Positions 11,309-24,070 of a stretch of DNA of 64,000 nucleotides are shown here, piece by piece. Made by a program: the position numbers and the translations under genes. Position 1 is the first letter of the stretch. Every line of letters starts with the position of its first letter. The stretch is from Vicugna vicugna. Lineage: Eukaryota. Location of the stretch: positions 5,951,260 through 6,015,259 of the forward strand of contig MU058844.1 of NCBI GenBank assembly GCA_013265495.1, given 5' to 3'. The notes beneath the pieces were generated by a model, which was not told the origin of the DNA, searched no databases, and was given only the letters and a program-made list of their open reading frames with translations.

Positions 11309-14236
11309 GTAAACATTCTTATTTGTTAAATTATTTTATATAAATGTTTATAATAGACCTAAGCCTAGAGATAAGAAATTTTGAATATTGTCTTCTCTTG
11401 TTTTCAAATTAAGGAAAACAAGAACATTTATGGTTCTTACTTATTCTTTTTGATTAAATTTTCTAATACCAAATAAGATCCTGGTCAAATTTCAATTTCT
11501 GTAATTGAAATTTAATTTATGTGATTAATTTATGTGACTAATGTTCACTCCCTGTAATACACTGAACTCAAGTGTATTAAAAGCATTTAAGTTGGTGAAT
11601 TGGTAAATTCATGGTGAATTCAAGCATTTCACCTAACTAAAAATAATTCATTATCTTCAGTGGAGCCCTGAAATTTTTATATGGAATACAAAAGGTAAGT
11701 GCTAGTAATATATCCTTAATTCCCATTGTTAATTCATAAACATTTATTAAACTCTTACTGTATACAAGGTATGGACTTTGCTCATAGGAAATGACAACAT
11801 TCCAACAGCTTTTTGAGAGCCTGAAGAAAGCATACTAATGAAGTTCTTCTTGATAAAACTATACCAAAGCACTAGCATTGGTAACAAAGAGAATTATATT
11901 GTAAGAAACAATTTCTTTGTCTTCCTCTCTGCAGGCTTTGGAATCTTCCTTGGCTCTCTGTGACTAATTTCCACATTAATATTTCAATATCTAAAGTTTT
12001 ACTTTAAAATGGAAATTGCTCACATATTTTACCTGAAGAGTGGCAAGGAAGCTGAAGTATTCTGAAGCTTTTAATAATGGAGTTATACCAGCATCAAATA
12101 TTCTCTTAGATTCTTAAAAATAGCAATTTGGTTAAAATGGCCAAAAGTTCAGAGTTTTCATTTGCATAGAACTCTACACACACCAAAAACTCATTGAATC
12201 ACAGAGAAATAAGTGATAATAGTTTTGTAAAAAAAAAATAAGAAATGAACTTCTGGTTCCCATACTAGCAGCAAAATTGGCATCATTATGTTTCTGGTTG
12301 CTTCCTCATCAGAATCTGTATTTTACTTCTTTCAATGAAAGGAAGGAAGTGGGATTCAATTTTTCCTCCATGATCTGTTTTAGAGATATATCTCATGACT
12401 GAATGAAAGAGAAATATTTTATTATGCCTATGCTTTAGTATGTATCTCCCTTAAGAATAAAAGTAAACCACTTCAGATACTAGAATTGTTTTCCCCTTGC
12501 AGTGTCTTGGCCAGGAAGGGAATCATAACCTCTACTCCCACATTTTTGCAAAGTAGCTAACACTTCCCACACCATACCACATTCTGGAGATCATTGAGGA
12601 CCTTTATGTGTCATTGTAAACTTGGAATCATAGAGGCAAACTCTCTACCAAGACACGAAGGCATTCTAATCTGCCCTGTGTTCCAAAACAGACTATTGAC
12701 TTCACTTGTCTTCCTGTACTTGAGTTGAAGTGATTGTAGCCACTGCTATTCTGATTGAGTATTAAACAAAGGCTCTGTTATTTTAAGATTAAATATATTT
12801 GGTCATTGAGTTTTAATGACTGAACAAAATTTGATCATTCTTGACAGGAAACCTACCAAATTATGGTAGGATTTGGTTTCCACGTGTTTAAATTTTATAG
12901 ATCTGGCAATTGTGGAAGTATGCGTGTGCTTAAACTTTCCCCAAATGTCTTTTAAGGACCAGAGTAGAAAACCTCTCTGTTAGCTTTCAGATAATAGTGC
13001 CACAGGCTCGCAAACACACACACAAGTGGGTACTTCCCCTTCACACCCACTATCGAATGTAAGTCTACTTACATACCAGGGGTTCTTGCACCTCACACAT
13101 GCTCATCCAGCTGGGGAAGAGAAGCCTGAACTGAAGTGTTGCTTCAGAAATTAGACAGGAGTTTTGAGCATTTACTTTCTTACCATAGCATTTGTTGAGT
13201 CCTCAGACTTGATACCGGTGTTGTAACTGTGACTGCACCGAGTGACTCCCTCATCTCAAAATATGCTTCTCTTTGAGGATTAGAGAATTGTTCTCTAATT
13301 CTACGCTTAGATGCACACTGATTAACTCATGCCACGTAAATCAATATTGTGAGGTAGCATGGTAATCAGTATATTCTAATTGAGTTCTATTCCTAGATAC
13401 AGGTTGGTGTCTAGGAAACTTGGTTTCAAGACCCTAAGAGAGGAGTAATAGGGTCCAGTACAAAGTTTCACTTGACCTTGATTCACTAAAAACAAGCAGG
13501 TACTGATAATACTTCCGTGTTATGAGGAGAACTGGAATCCAGGGCTGGACTTAATGCAAATGTCCAGGAGATAATGAACTCCAACCCCAGCATTTAAACA
13601 TAAGGAAACAAAGGTAGCAATGTTAACTAACCCCCTTGCTTAAGATCAAATAGTTCACAAGTCACAGTTGCAGGGTTAGGTCGCAAGGCTTCTGTTTGCC
13701 AGTTTATTGTTCTTTGCTCTCTACCACATTTCTTCCAGGGATTTCACGGACTTTCATTTTTGTTTGTTTGTTTGCTTTTTTTTTGTTTGTTTTTGTTTTT
13801 TTCTTTTACGGACTTTCATTTTTAACTTAGGAACTCCATTTCCCTTCCCCCAGTATAACAAAAAAGGCAAGAATGTCACTCAGTTTTCATTTATGTGTTT
13901 GACTCAAGGCCAACATACCTTCCATCATACAAAATGTGATTGGAACAGAAATGAAGTTTTAGAAACACATTTTCATGTTCACATAAATAATACGTGACTA
14001 CTTAATTAAATCTGCAATATGGTGATTGATAGTCACTATAATTTCTTTCCCTGTCACATCAACACCCTTAAGTCCTTTGAACTTAAGGGAAAGTTTCCCA
14101 AAAAAGGAAATGCCTTCCAATGAACTTTTCAGTTTCAATAGGAAGTCATTACTATAGGAAAAGGACACCATGTTTATAATTAGAGCTCCTATGTTTCTCA
14201 GTCTTTAGTTTGAAAAAAAAAAAAAGAAAAAGTTAC

Positions 14237-14298
14237 CTTTGATGTATGCATATTGGTCAATAAATCTGCTTCTAATGCTTTCATTTCCTCTTCTGAAT
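14237..14298 (-). CDS. NTS: NTS coding exon 2 (DSEEEMKALEADLLTNMHTSK)
   Basis: ttttactcag|ATTCAGAAGAGG...ACATCAAAG|gtaact. 62 nt, restoring frame (73+62=135). Confidence 0.97.
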
Positions 14299-16543
14299 CT
14301 GAGTAAAATCAAAAACCACATGTTTACAATATAATCACATATCATATATTGTAATCTAAAGATTTAAGATTAATCTCAAAAAAATTTTATCTTAGAAATT
14401 TATTCTCTTTCCTATGTTTTATCCTCCCTAAAATAGTATTTAGAAAAAAATAATTATAGTTGAATTTTAGGCTAACAGAATAAAATAATAGAAGCACTTT
14501 TAAGAAAATAAGCACATGATTTTATGTTAAGAGAGCTACTGATGATTTGAAATAGTTTAATCTCTGTATCTAAATATTAAAAAATGATTATATTATATAA
14601 TAGATATTTTATCATGTATCCTGGTTAATTTTTACCAGCAATAGTTTACATATATAGAATATATGCATATTGATATTTTTAAAAACATCAATATAATGAA
14701 AAGGTAAGTACAAGGGACGTTTTCAAGACAAGACCAAAAATAAATGCTCATTGATAATTTTAGACTAAGAAAGACACTGAGATTAATTTAAGATGCTGTT
14801 TTACAAAACACAATTTAAAAGATTTGTTTTTCTACTTTAAACAAGAAATTAGAATTATGTGCATTTAGCAATTTTATCACAGTCTATTAAAGAAATTGTT
14901 TAAGCAAAAGTGGAGTTGTCCATCATACGTGTACTATAGTGTTGAAAATGGATTTCTCATTTTTTTTAGAATATTCTTTCCAGTTTCCACTGATGAATGT
15001 TTTACAGAGACGAAAAACTGATGAAATACTATAAGATAATAGAAATAAAGTTATAGACCACCGCAAGAAGATGAGTTAATTCATCCTCGCTGACCTATAG
15101 ATTGTAAAACAAAGCAGAAGTTAAAATGACTCTTTCTTCCTTGCACTACACCCTCTGATTAAAAAAAAGTGTCACTTTTGTTAAATTGTACCTAAGAACT
15201 AAATTATACCAGAGATGTTCTTCTCCTATTTCTTAGAGGCACCATCTATTTTTCAAAAGGAAAGACTATTCCTTTAACCATGTATGAAAAATGTATTTAA
15301 AAAAAAATCCCCATACATGTTGGCTTATAACAGCAAGAAGTTTCAATAGTTAATAAACACTGTATTTAATAAATAATCAGTTTTTTTCATATACTCTAAA
15401 TATACCTTCAACCTTATGTGACTATTGGATAAAATCATAATTGTGGAAAATTTGGTATTTATCTCATAAAAACATTTGCAAAATTTAGAAGTTCAAGATC
15501 TTTTTCTAATGATCAAAAGAGATGAAATTTTATGTTAAATAACATTTATAGTTCCCTGCTAGATTTGATTTCATAATTTAAATAAAATCATAACAGGAAT
15601 TTCAGTTAAACATTTCAATGTCACCTTTACAAGCTATAGCAGTATAAAACAGGTTAAATGATTTTTGCTGCATCTCTCTTCTGTTTCTTTTTCACTTTGA
15701 TGTGATCACTCAATTATTTTTCAAACATTAATTGGAGCATATTACAGTCATAATATTTCATGTTACTCTTCTAAGTTTAAATCTTATTGTCAAGGTGAAC
15801 TATTGATAAATGTTCGGCAATGTATGGCTTCTTCTTAATTATCACATGCAAAATACTCCACAGGTAAATAACTTTTATTAATATAAGAATGATAATTACA
15901 TTCTGAATCAACTTAAATGCCATGCAAGAAAACAAATTAATAGTATGTTTATTTGCCACAGAGAAAGGTTATATAAAATGTATTCTTAAAAAGGATTTGG
16001 GATTTTTTTTTTTGTATTTTTCTGGAAATAATTTTCTACAAATAACACTTTGTTCATTAAACATCAGTTTTCACTTTATTATCTTAATACGCACATAGTT
16101 AAAAAAATAATTTGGGGGAGGGAGAAGCCACTGCAGCCTAAGAGAATCAATGAGAATGAGATAAAATATTTCAAATGGAATCACTTTTAATTATGGGCTT
16201 GCATTTTGACAGGCACCACATCTGTACTTCTTGTTAAATAATGACCAGCCTAATTTAAGTTTTACACGTTTTTTTTTCTTTAGTGCTTATATTGCAAATG
16301 GGAACACAAAGTGTTTCATTGAAATCCCTTTTATTACTTCACAGATTTAGAAAGGAAAATGAAATCTTTTAGTGCTTATGATCATAAAGACAGAGAAAGA
16401 AAATATCCAGTTGCTATCACTAAAAAGCAAACCCAGAATAAGGGAGAAACTCTTTTCCCTGGATATGTTCATGTAAGTAGCAACACACTGCAGAAATGAA
16501 AAAAGAAATCACTTCAGGGAGTTGTGAAATGAGCTGAGCTTAC

Positions 16544-16616
16544 CTGAGCACAGACTCCAGGAGCTGAAAGCCAGGAGGATCATGCACACCAGCTGAATTT
16601 TCATTCCTGCCATCAT
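16544..16616 (-). CDS. NTS: Neurotensin/neuromedin N precursor, coding exon 1 (signal peptide MMAGMKIQLVCMILLAFSSWSLCS)
   Basis: Reverse complement reads gaagATGATGGCAGGAATGAAAATTCAG...TGCTCAG|gtaagc. 73 nt, phase 1, matching the known prepro-NT/N N-terminus. Confidence 0.97.
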
Positions 16617-16747
16617 CTTCTTGAGCTTTCTAGCAAGCCAAGTTCATAAACGCCAGAGACAGGCTGAAGGGGGCTCTCTAGCACTGCCTCCTGCCTTCAG
16701 CTGACTTTGGAAGTGACTGAGCTGTGAGAGATGCTTTGACCATGCCC

Positions 16748-16965
16748 TATATATACATATATATGCAGGGGATGATGTCACGAGTACACAGGGATTATCT
16801 CTTCAGGATGTGCCCTTCATCTCCACCCCCCCGCCTCTCCCCACTTCCTCCTCCCCCTTTTCTTTACCCCTCACTCTCTCCCCCACTTCTGAACCTCCAT
16901 GAAAGTGACATCTTCTCTAATTGCCCCTGCAGCTCCAGATTTCTGACGCACAGCAGGAGTCATTC
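16748..16965 (-). promoter_or_regulatory. NTS: NTS proximal promoter: TATA (16748-16755), CRE/AP-1-like TGACATCA (16773-16780), GRE-like half-site TGTACT (16783-16788), further CRE-like (16906-16913, 16944-16950) and near-AP-1 (16956-16962) motifs
   Basis: Motifs read directly about 130-350 nt upstream of the ATG. The arrangement resembles the described NT/N promoter (TATA, proximal CRE/AP-1, GRE, distal CRE, AP-1). Confidence 0.85.
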
Positions 16966-18307
16966 AAAAGCAATTCCATATAGAGCATACTGACAAAGAA
17001 CTTCCAGTACTCCTCTTTCCCCATTTCCTCTCATTCTCTGACTTCTAAGAAGTTGGCATTTTGCTTTTCTGAAGCATGAGATCTGTTATTTCTAATATAA
17101 ACAAAATCTCTAGAATGGACGCCTGAAATCAGTAATTCTTTAGATTTGGATGTTCTTAGAGAGGATTCTTTTCTGATAATCCACACTTTTGAACAAGTAT
17201 TTTGTGGTCTAGGGACAAATATAGGTCTTAGATAATACATGCTAGAAGAAGAAAGAAGTGGAAGATAAACAGAGAATTAGTTATAATATCAGGTTAAGCA
17301 AAAGAATTTAGAGAAAGGAAAGAAAATCAGTATTAGAAAAAAAGAGGCTGCTAGCTGTAAGGAACAGAGTATTATTTCTCAACAAATTGACAAGTCTTTT
17401 TTAAGTCACTGGAAAGATGACTGAATTATGTATGCTTACTTATGGCTGAATGCCTTAGAAAAACAATTTCACGTTTACAAGATCCAACAATAAATCATTT
17501 ATCTGTTAGCAGGTGGAAATCTGTACCGTTGTACCAGTGATTGGTGTTTTCTGGTACTTTCCCTTTTTGCAGTCTGCACTGCTTTGCTCCTTTTAGATTC
17601 ATTCTTGATGCTGTATCCTGTTCCGTCTATAATCCCGGTCTCACTGATTTTCACCATTGCATCAGATTTCTCCCCCTATGATAGTCATAAAGATGAGACT
17701 GTACTTCTGGAAAGGCTACAGTCCTAAATAACCGCCATCCACATTTCTAAGACAGTGTCGGCACGTATTTCATAAGTTACAATGATACTCATTCCCTCTC
17801 GGGGTTCTCAGAACAAAATTGCTCAAAACGTCTTTTAGAGTAAAATTTTCTTCTGGATTAAGTATTTCAGGACACATGGAGTGATCTGGAAAGACGATGC
17901 TGTTAGAAATGTGAATATTTGAAGGTAAAGGTGGCTGAGAATTGTTCACTTCTTAAATAATCAATCGAACCATACAATTGATAAAAGAAATCTGAATTGA
18001 TTTCTACAGAGAGTTAATTTGTATTACATAGTACATGCCTATGGAATTAACTTGTCAATTTTACCCTAAACCTAAGAAGAGGGACTAATTCCAAAACGTT
18101 CATAATAATTTAAAACAGCAAGGACTCATTCATGTGATTTAAAGTTTAGGAATTTAACAATGGGTGATATTTTTACCACTTTTAGCTTGCTTTATAGACT
18201 TACATACAACACAACATTGAACATAACTCACCTGAGGAAAGTTTTATGTATAAAGAGTAATTAATTGGCAAAGAAATGTGAACTATGTACACCCATGTTT
18301 GTTTTCT

Positions 18308-18325
18308 TGCCGCTAGGTGGCGCGA
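18308..18325 (+). promoter_or_regulatory. Probable CTCF binding site
   Basis: TGCCGCTAGGTGGCGCGA closely fits the CTCF core, with three retained CpGs in otherwise very AT-rich DNA. Confidence 0.7.
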
Positions 18326-19777
18326 TAGAAGTTTGAAAGGCTTTTAATTTTCGCTTAACGTTGAAATCACTTCAGAATTCTGAGCATTATGTTTACTTCT
18401 TTCTATCAGAGCATCTTTGTGCCAGAATCTTTTTAAAGCCACTTTAATGAAGAAATCAAGAAATTATATATTCTTTGCATGACATTTAAATTAGTTGTTT
18501 TATGAGCTTTTGAGGTGCAAATATAAATAAAAATCTTTTTAAATGTGTAATAGCAGCCTCATAATAAAAAGGGAGTGTGATTTCTATTTTCCTCAGCTGA
18601 TTTCTTTAATATATGAAGCTCAGGGAAAAGTTGACAAAATTAATTCCTAACTAATTAGAAAAAAAGGAGAGAAAGAATAGTGGGAATTCATTTTAAATAT
18701 ATCACTTTAACATTAGCTCTCAATGTAGGAATTGTTTTAAATATGACAAATCTGAAAGAACTGGAGGGAATGTGGTAACAAATGTCAAATGATTCAAAAT
18801 CAGATACCTGCTATACACTATTTTTCTTTTGGGGGCGAAAGAAGATGCGTAATTTTGTGATAAAATTATGATAAATAAACTTTATCTGACTTCTAAGTGA
18901 TATTTTTAAAAATATCTGTTAGCCCTCTGCTTTTCAGTCCCAAAGCTTTCAAGCTATAGAAAATCCAATTAAACAATTTGTTTTGAGGGTGAACTGTGTG
19001 TGGATAATTGTCTTTAAAAAATATTTTAGGAATTACCCTCACAATGCCATTATTGCAGTATTTTAGGTACCTTTCTAGGGAGATGGGAGAACCATTTTCA
19101 TTCTGAAGTCTTTATGCCTAAAATCCTTTTAATTCTACCTTAGCTCTTAAAATACGAAGGAAGAACTTGAACATTACCCTTGGATAATCTTCAGGTGTTG
19201 GCCTTCCAGCTTGAGGTCACCACAGAGTGGCTAACTCTAAATACGTTTTATCTACTTATGTATCTAAATAGGTTTATTGGGGTGCCTGTAGATTGTAACA
19301 TCTTTACCATAAGTAGATTGAGAGCATCTACTCTGACTGAAGTCAGACCTTTCTTAGTTAATTACTTATAGTAATCAACAATGCTGCCTGAAAGACTGGC
19401 AATGGAAAAGAGTGGTCTGTAACCATAATTCATTTGGAGATGGCAAAACTCAGGAACTATTAAAGAAATAGTGTTTCTTCAATTCCAGATGATTTCTTCT
19501 TGTATCTTTGGAGGCTCCATCAACCCGTTTACATACAGCTTCCTGGGCTCTCCAACCTTTTTATACTTTAATACCCAAAACTTACCCCATGGTGTTTCTA
19601 CCATCCGGAATCTGCAGCCCACCTTCCCTTTGACCTATCTCTCACTTTCTGACATCATCTTTCATTTTTAACTGACTGTATATTTGGCCTCATCAAAGTA
19701 AACATTTCCAAGTTTGAATCCTGAAAGTCTCACCTACTTCTACTCTTCCCAGTTTCTGCTACCCATTTGTGATGAAA

Positions 19778-20313
19778 TGAAGAGGAGCAGAATTTGACAC
19801 CCCCAAGTATGCCTCTTTGTCATACTGACTATTCTGAGCTGACTATTTTTAAGATACAGTTAAGGCAAGAGAAGCTCTGAAAACTGAGCAGAAGTTACCC
19901 CTTTTAAAGGGACATTTACATTAAGAAGGGACATCGCCATTTTAGGGGCATCTCTCTATATACACAGTACCTGGAAGAGAGGGATGACTAACCCTCTGGA
20001 AACTCTCAATGCAGAAGGCGTGGACGGCAAAACAATCGTATCTTGGCTTACTGTGCTTTGCCTGATAATCTTCCATTAACAGATATTCCTCCAACCCCCT
20101 CCCCATCAGCTTTCTTTTGTCTTTAGCTGAAGATAATATTTCGGGGGTGGTTTGGACCGTTTTGGGGAGCTGGTCAGTTTTCCTGGGTATCTCCCATGGG
20201 TACAGGAGATGTATATGTTTGTAACTGTTAATCAGTTACTAAGGTGGGGAGGGTGGGATGTCTCAACCAAGACCACAGAAGAGTAAACAGAAAATTCTTT
20301 TTCCTCTCCTACA
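19778..20313 (+). mobile_element. Solo ERV1 LTR (MER34-like)
   Basis: TG...CA ends; cagaatttgacacccccaagtatgcctctttg start and aaaattctttttcctctcctaca end. Confidence 0.65.
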
Positions 20314-22859
20314 ACTGTAAACTTCTAGAGGAAAGGATGCTCCCATCAGTGTATATCCTGTTCTTCCAAGGCTTACAATTCATATGTACTCAATACATAT
20401 TCACTAAGTTGAACTGAAATACTGATTATTTTAAATTTCTAACATGTTTTTCCATGTTTCCATCTGTAACATTCCTCCCCCCCCCAATTTCTACTTTAAT
20501 TTCAATTATTGAAAATTCCTTTGTTACCATTAACCTTAACATTTGATGTGAGCCTTTAACTAAGTCAGTTTTCTCAGACTTTCCTCTAGTCATTCTTTTC
20601 TTCCCTGACTGGGAAAGTCAACCTTAAAAATATATTTATGAAAAGCATCTCGGATCACGTGCATTCATCAGTTGAGGGCTTAGGATAATCTGCCGGTTTA
20701 CTCTGTTCCTCTCAGTGAGTCTCTGGTTTGGAACTGTAGCTCTGACTCATCTGAACAAACAATGATGCCAGTCTCTTTGTAAACTTAATTGATTTTTCTG
20801 TTCAATTAAGGTCCATTTTCTAGACATACAAACAATTATGTGCATGCACAGACCCACACCTCCGTATACTATCTTACACACAAAATGCGTATAATCCAAT
20901 CCTTGAAGACTTAGGTAAATGTAAACCAAATGTCCAATTTTCCAAACTATGTGTAACCATGCTTTGGTCATAATCTCTGTAAATTCCCAGCTCATTTCCC
21001 TTTGGCTCTTCCTGTTTCTGCTCTTGCATCTTTATAGGTAATTAACGTGGAAAAATTGATGATGGATTTCTGTAGTCAAAGCATATCTTGCAGCTTACAC
21101 TCCAACGATAACATAAGCTTTGCCTGGGATTCGTACGTTAATGAGTTGCCATATTTAACTAAGGATGCTCCACATTGTAGTTACTGCTGATCTCACTTAT
21201 AATCTTGTTTCTCATATCAAAGAAAATATTAATATGTCCACAAAATCACCACCCACCACTATGCGTAAAGCTCAAGTAATTGTCTTCCTAAGCCTCCTTT
21301 TCGGAGGCAATGCGAAATGAAAGCATTACAGGAAAAAAACTGAACCTAACAATTCTGTTCTTTTATTTTTGTTAGTTTCGCAAATTAGAGTTTAATTATT
21401 TAGACTGAAAAAATGAGATGAGTTCTCATTGAAAGAAAAGTCTCCCCCTCTTTTTTTGGTTACAAAATCTAAGCAAATTTCTGTAATACCCAAAGCAGAA
21501 CAAACGTACCTGAGTTACCATTACCAGAGCAGAGTCAGTGAAACTCTTCTTCTTTCTTTACCTTAAGAAGATATTAGATGCTGAATTTGAGACATAATTG
21601 TTTATATTGGTTTATATTATTAGTACTCCTTGGTCTTATTATTTTCTTCAATTTAGATTCTTTCCCTGGTGATCTCATTAAATCTCAGGGCTGTGAATAC
21701 TGTCTGTTTCCTAATAACCCCCCAGTTTGCATGTCTAACTACCCACGGTCTATATCTAATCACATCCTCAGCAGCTCTACTTGGAGGATCATTAGGTAAA
21801 CTTACTGTCCAAAATAAAACTTTTTTTTTTGAGGTAAGGAGAGACTTTTTTAACAAAACAATTATTGCAGTGAGGGGAGGAGGACTGTTATAATAGGGAT
21901 AATAGTACATAGGTGATAAGATCTGCAAGCATCTCCGAGACCAGTAACTTTATTACAGTGCGCGAGGTGCTGTAAAAGCACCTGCATAAGAAAGAGGCCT
22001 GGGACAGAGATGGCGGGGCGGTTAATTCAGCAGCAAGAGAAAGGTACAGAGTGACCAGCACAGGTGAATTCGGTCTTGAAAAGCAAGATTTCATCCTCAG
22101 AGTTAATTGCGGCTAACATTTACTTATTGAGGGCTTACCACGTGTCCATTACGCTAATTGCTTTTCCTGCAAGATCTCATTTATTCCTCACCAGACTCTG
22201 AGCTGGGTATCAATATGTGTCTGCTGAATTTTGGTTGAAGAGTCTTCCAAGTACAGCTCAAAGACACTGAGGCAGGAAGATGGCAGCTTTGGGAGCAGGC
22301 GGAGCAGCAGGTCAGAGGAAACGCGCTGTTTCCTTGTCAAGCTCTTCTTTAGCCAAGGCTTCCTGAGCTGTTGGCTCCAAACCAATCAGGGGCACACTGT
22401 TCATTCATTCGCGTGTCTATTCGAGTATCTTCTATGTGCCTGGCATTGTGCTAGTCGCCAAGGCTACAACTGGTGGGCGAGACAGCGTGATTCCTCCCAT
22501 CCATCGTGGAGTGCACATTCTGGTAGGGGAGACAGGCCAATCCCATCACAGTGTGATGAAGAGGGATGAGAGGCTGTCTAGAACAACTCCTGGTCTTGCA
22601 GGACGAGGGGGGCTTACTGGAGGACCTGGAGCTCAGGGTTGCTGAGCACCAACAGGGAGGCACAGATGCTCATGCTGTCGCCCTTCACAAAGGACACGTC
22701 CCCGCCCGCGACGCTCCGCGGACCCGACAAGGACTCCTTGTCCTGGTCCAGGACAAGGACCTTCAGCCAGGCTTGCTGCCGTTTCCAGAGCAACAGGGTT
22801 CCTTCCCACAGATGATGCTGCCCTGAGCCTACAAAATAAAACTTTTGATTCCTTCGAAC

Positions 22860-24070
22860 ACCTTTCTAAAAATATCCTCCTCCCTTAGTGCTCTTTATTT
22901 CAGTTACTAGAACCATCGTTCACTGAATTGCACAGATCAAAAAACTAGAACTATTTTCCCCCCTTCTCTCTCTACCACTTCCAAGCTATCAAAACTTTCC
23001 AGGGCGCAGGTCTGTGGCAAAATATATTCTGAGTACTTTTCCTTACTCCATTATCACCACCCAGGTCCTAGTCATCATCCCATTATCACCATCTACGTCC
23101 CAGGTCCAAGCTATCATCGCTCCCCTGAAGTGCAGTGAGTCACTTCAACAGTATCCTACCAAAATCCCGATCCATTTCAATGTAGTCATCACACAGAGAA
23201 GTTTTGTTTTGGTTTGTTAATGTAAATCTGTTCTTATTACTCTCTGTTTTAAACTCTCTGAAGCTCTCCTGTTATATTTAGAACAAATTCCTGATGGTAT
23301 TATTATATTGTATTATCCTGAGTGGCCCTCCGCCTCCCTGCTGTCAGACCCTACCATTCTCCCCTTCTGTCTGTATATTGGAAGCACAATGGTCATTTGG
23401 CATCTCCCTAAACCTCCAAACTCTTCCTTCAGAGATCTTCAATGAATGTTGTAATTAGGTGACTGTTCAGCAAATACTCATTCCCTGCCTCCTACCAGAG
23501 TAGATAGAACATACTTCCCTACTCTTTGACCATGGCTTCGGCCATGAGGCTTGCTTTAGCCAATGGGACGCTAGTAGACATAAGGAAAACAAGGACTTGC
23601 TATGAGTTTGCAGCGTGGGGCTTGCCGTCTTGCTCTTCTGCCGTTGCCGAGAGAAGAACTTTTCCTGGGTAGTCCCCAAATGAGAAGAAACATGAAGCAA
23701 ATCCAAATCAGTTGACTTGCAAAACTTTAGGTGAAGCAGAGCCTCCTGAGTTTAAAGCAGGGTCATGCTGGCTGACTTACAGAGATATGAAGAGAACTGA
23801 ATCATTTGTTTTAAGTAACTGTGTTTTAGGGTAGCCTGTTATGCAGCATTTTTGTGACCATGGTGGACTGATACAACTGTCTATTTTAAAATCTATCCCA
23901 CTGCTACCTCATTCAATATCTATAGTCTTTATTTGTCCACTTACTTTTCTCTTTTGTAAATAAAAGCAGGGATCTTTCTTTTGTCTTATTTCTTATATTC
24001 TCAGAACACAAATAGTGTTTCTCCACAGTCGGGACTCAGTAAATATTGTTAATTGGATGATTTAATGAAC
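22860..24070 (+). mobile_element. L2 fragment interrupted by MLT1 (MaLR) LTR at 23450-23875
   Basis: Pyrimidine-rich L2 body with 3' end actcagtaaatattg...; MLT1 motifs ggccatgaggcttgctttagccaatgg and terminal ...actgataca. Confidence 0.65.

Noticed and set aside
13279..13299. 9-bp-arm inverted repeat ATTAGAGAA-TTG-TTCTCTAAT
   Set aside because: AT-rich and short enough to be expected by chance in this window.
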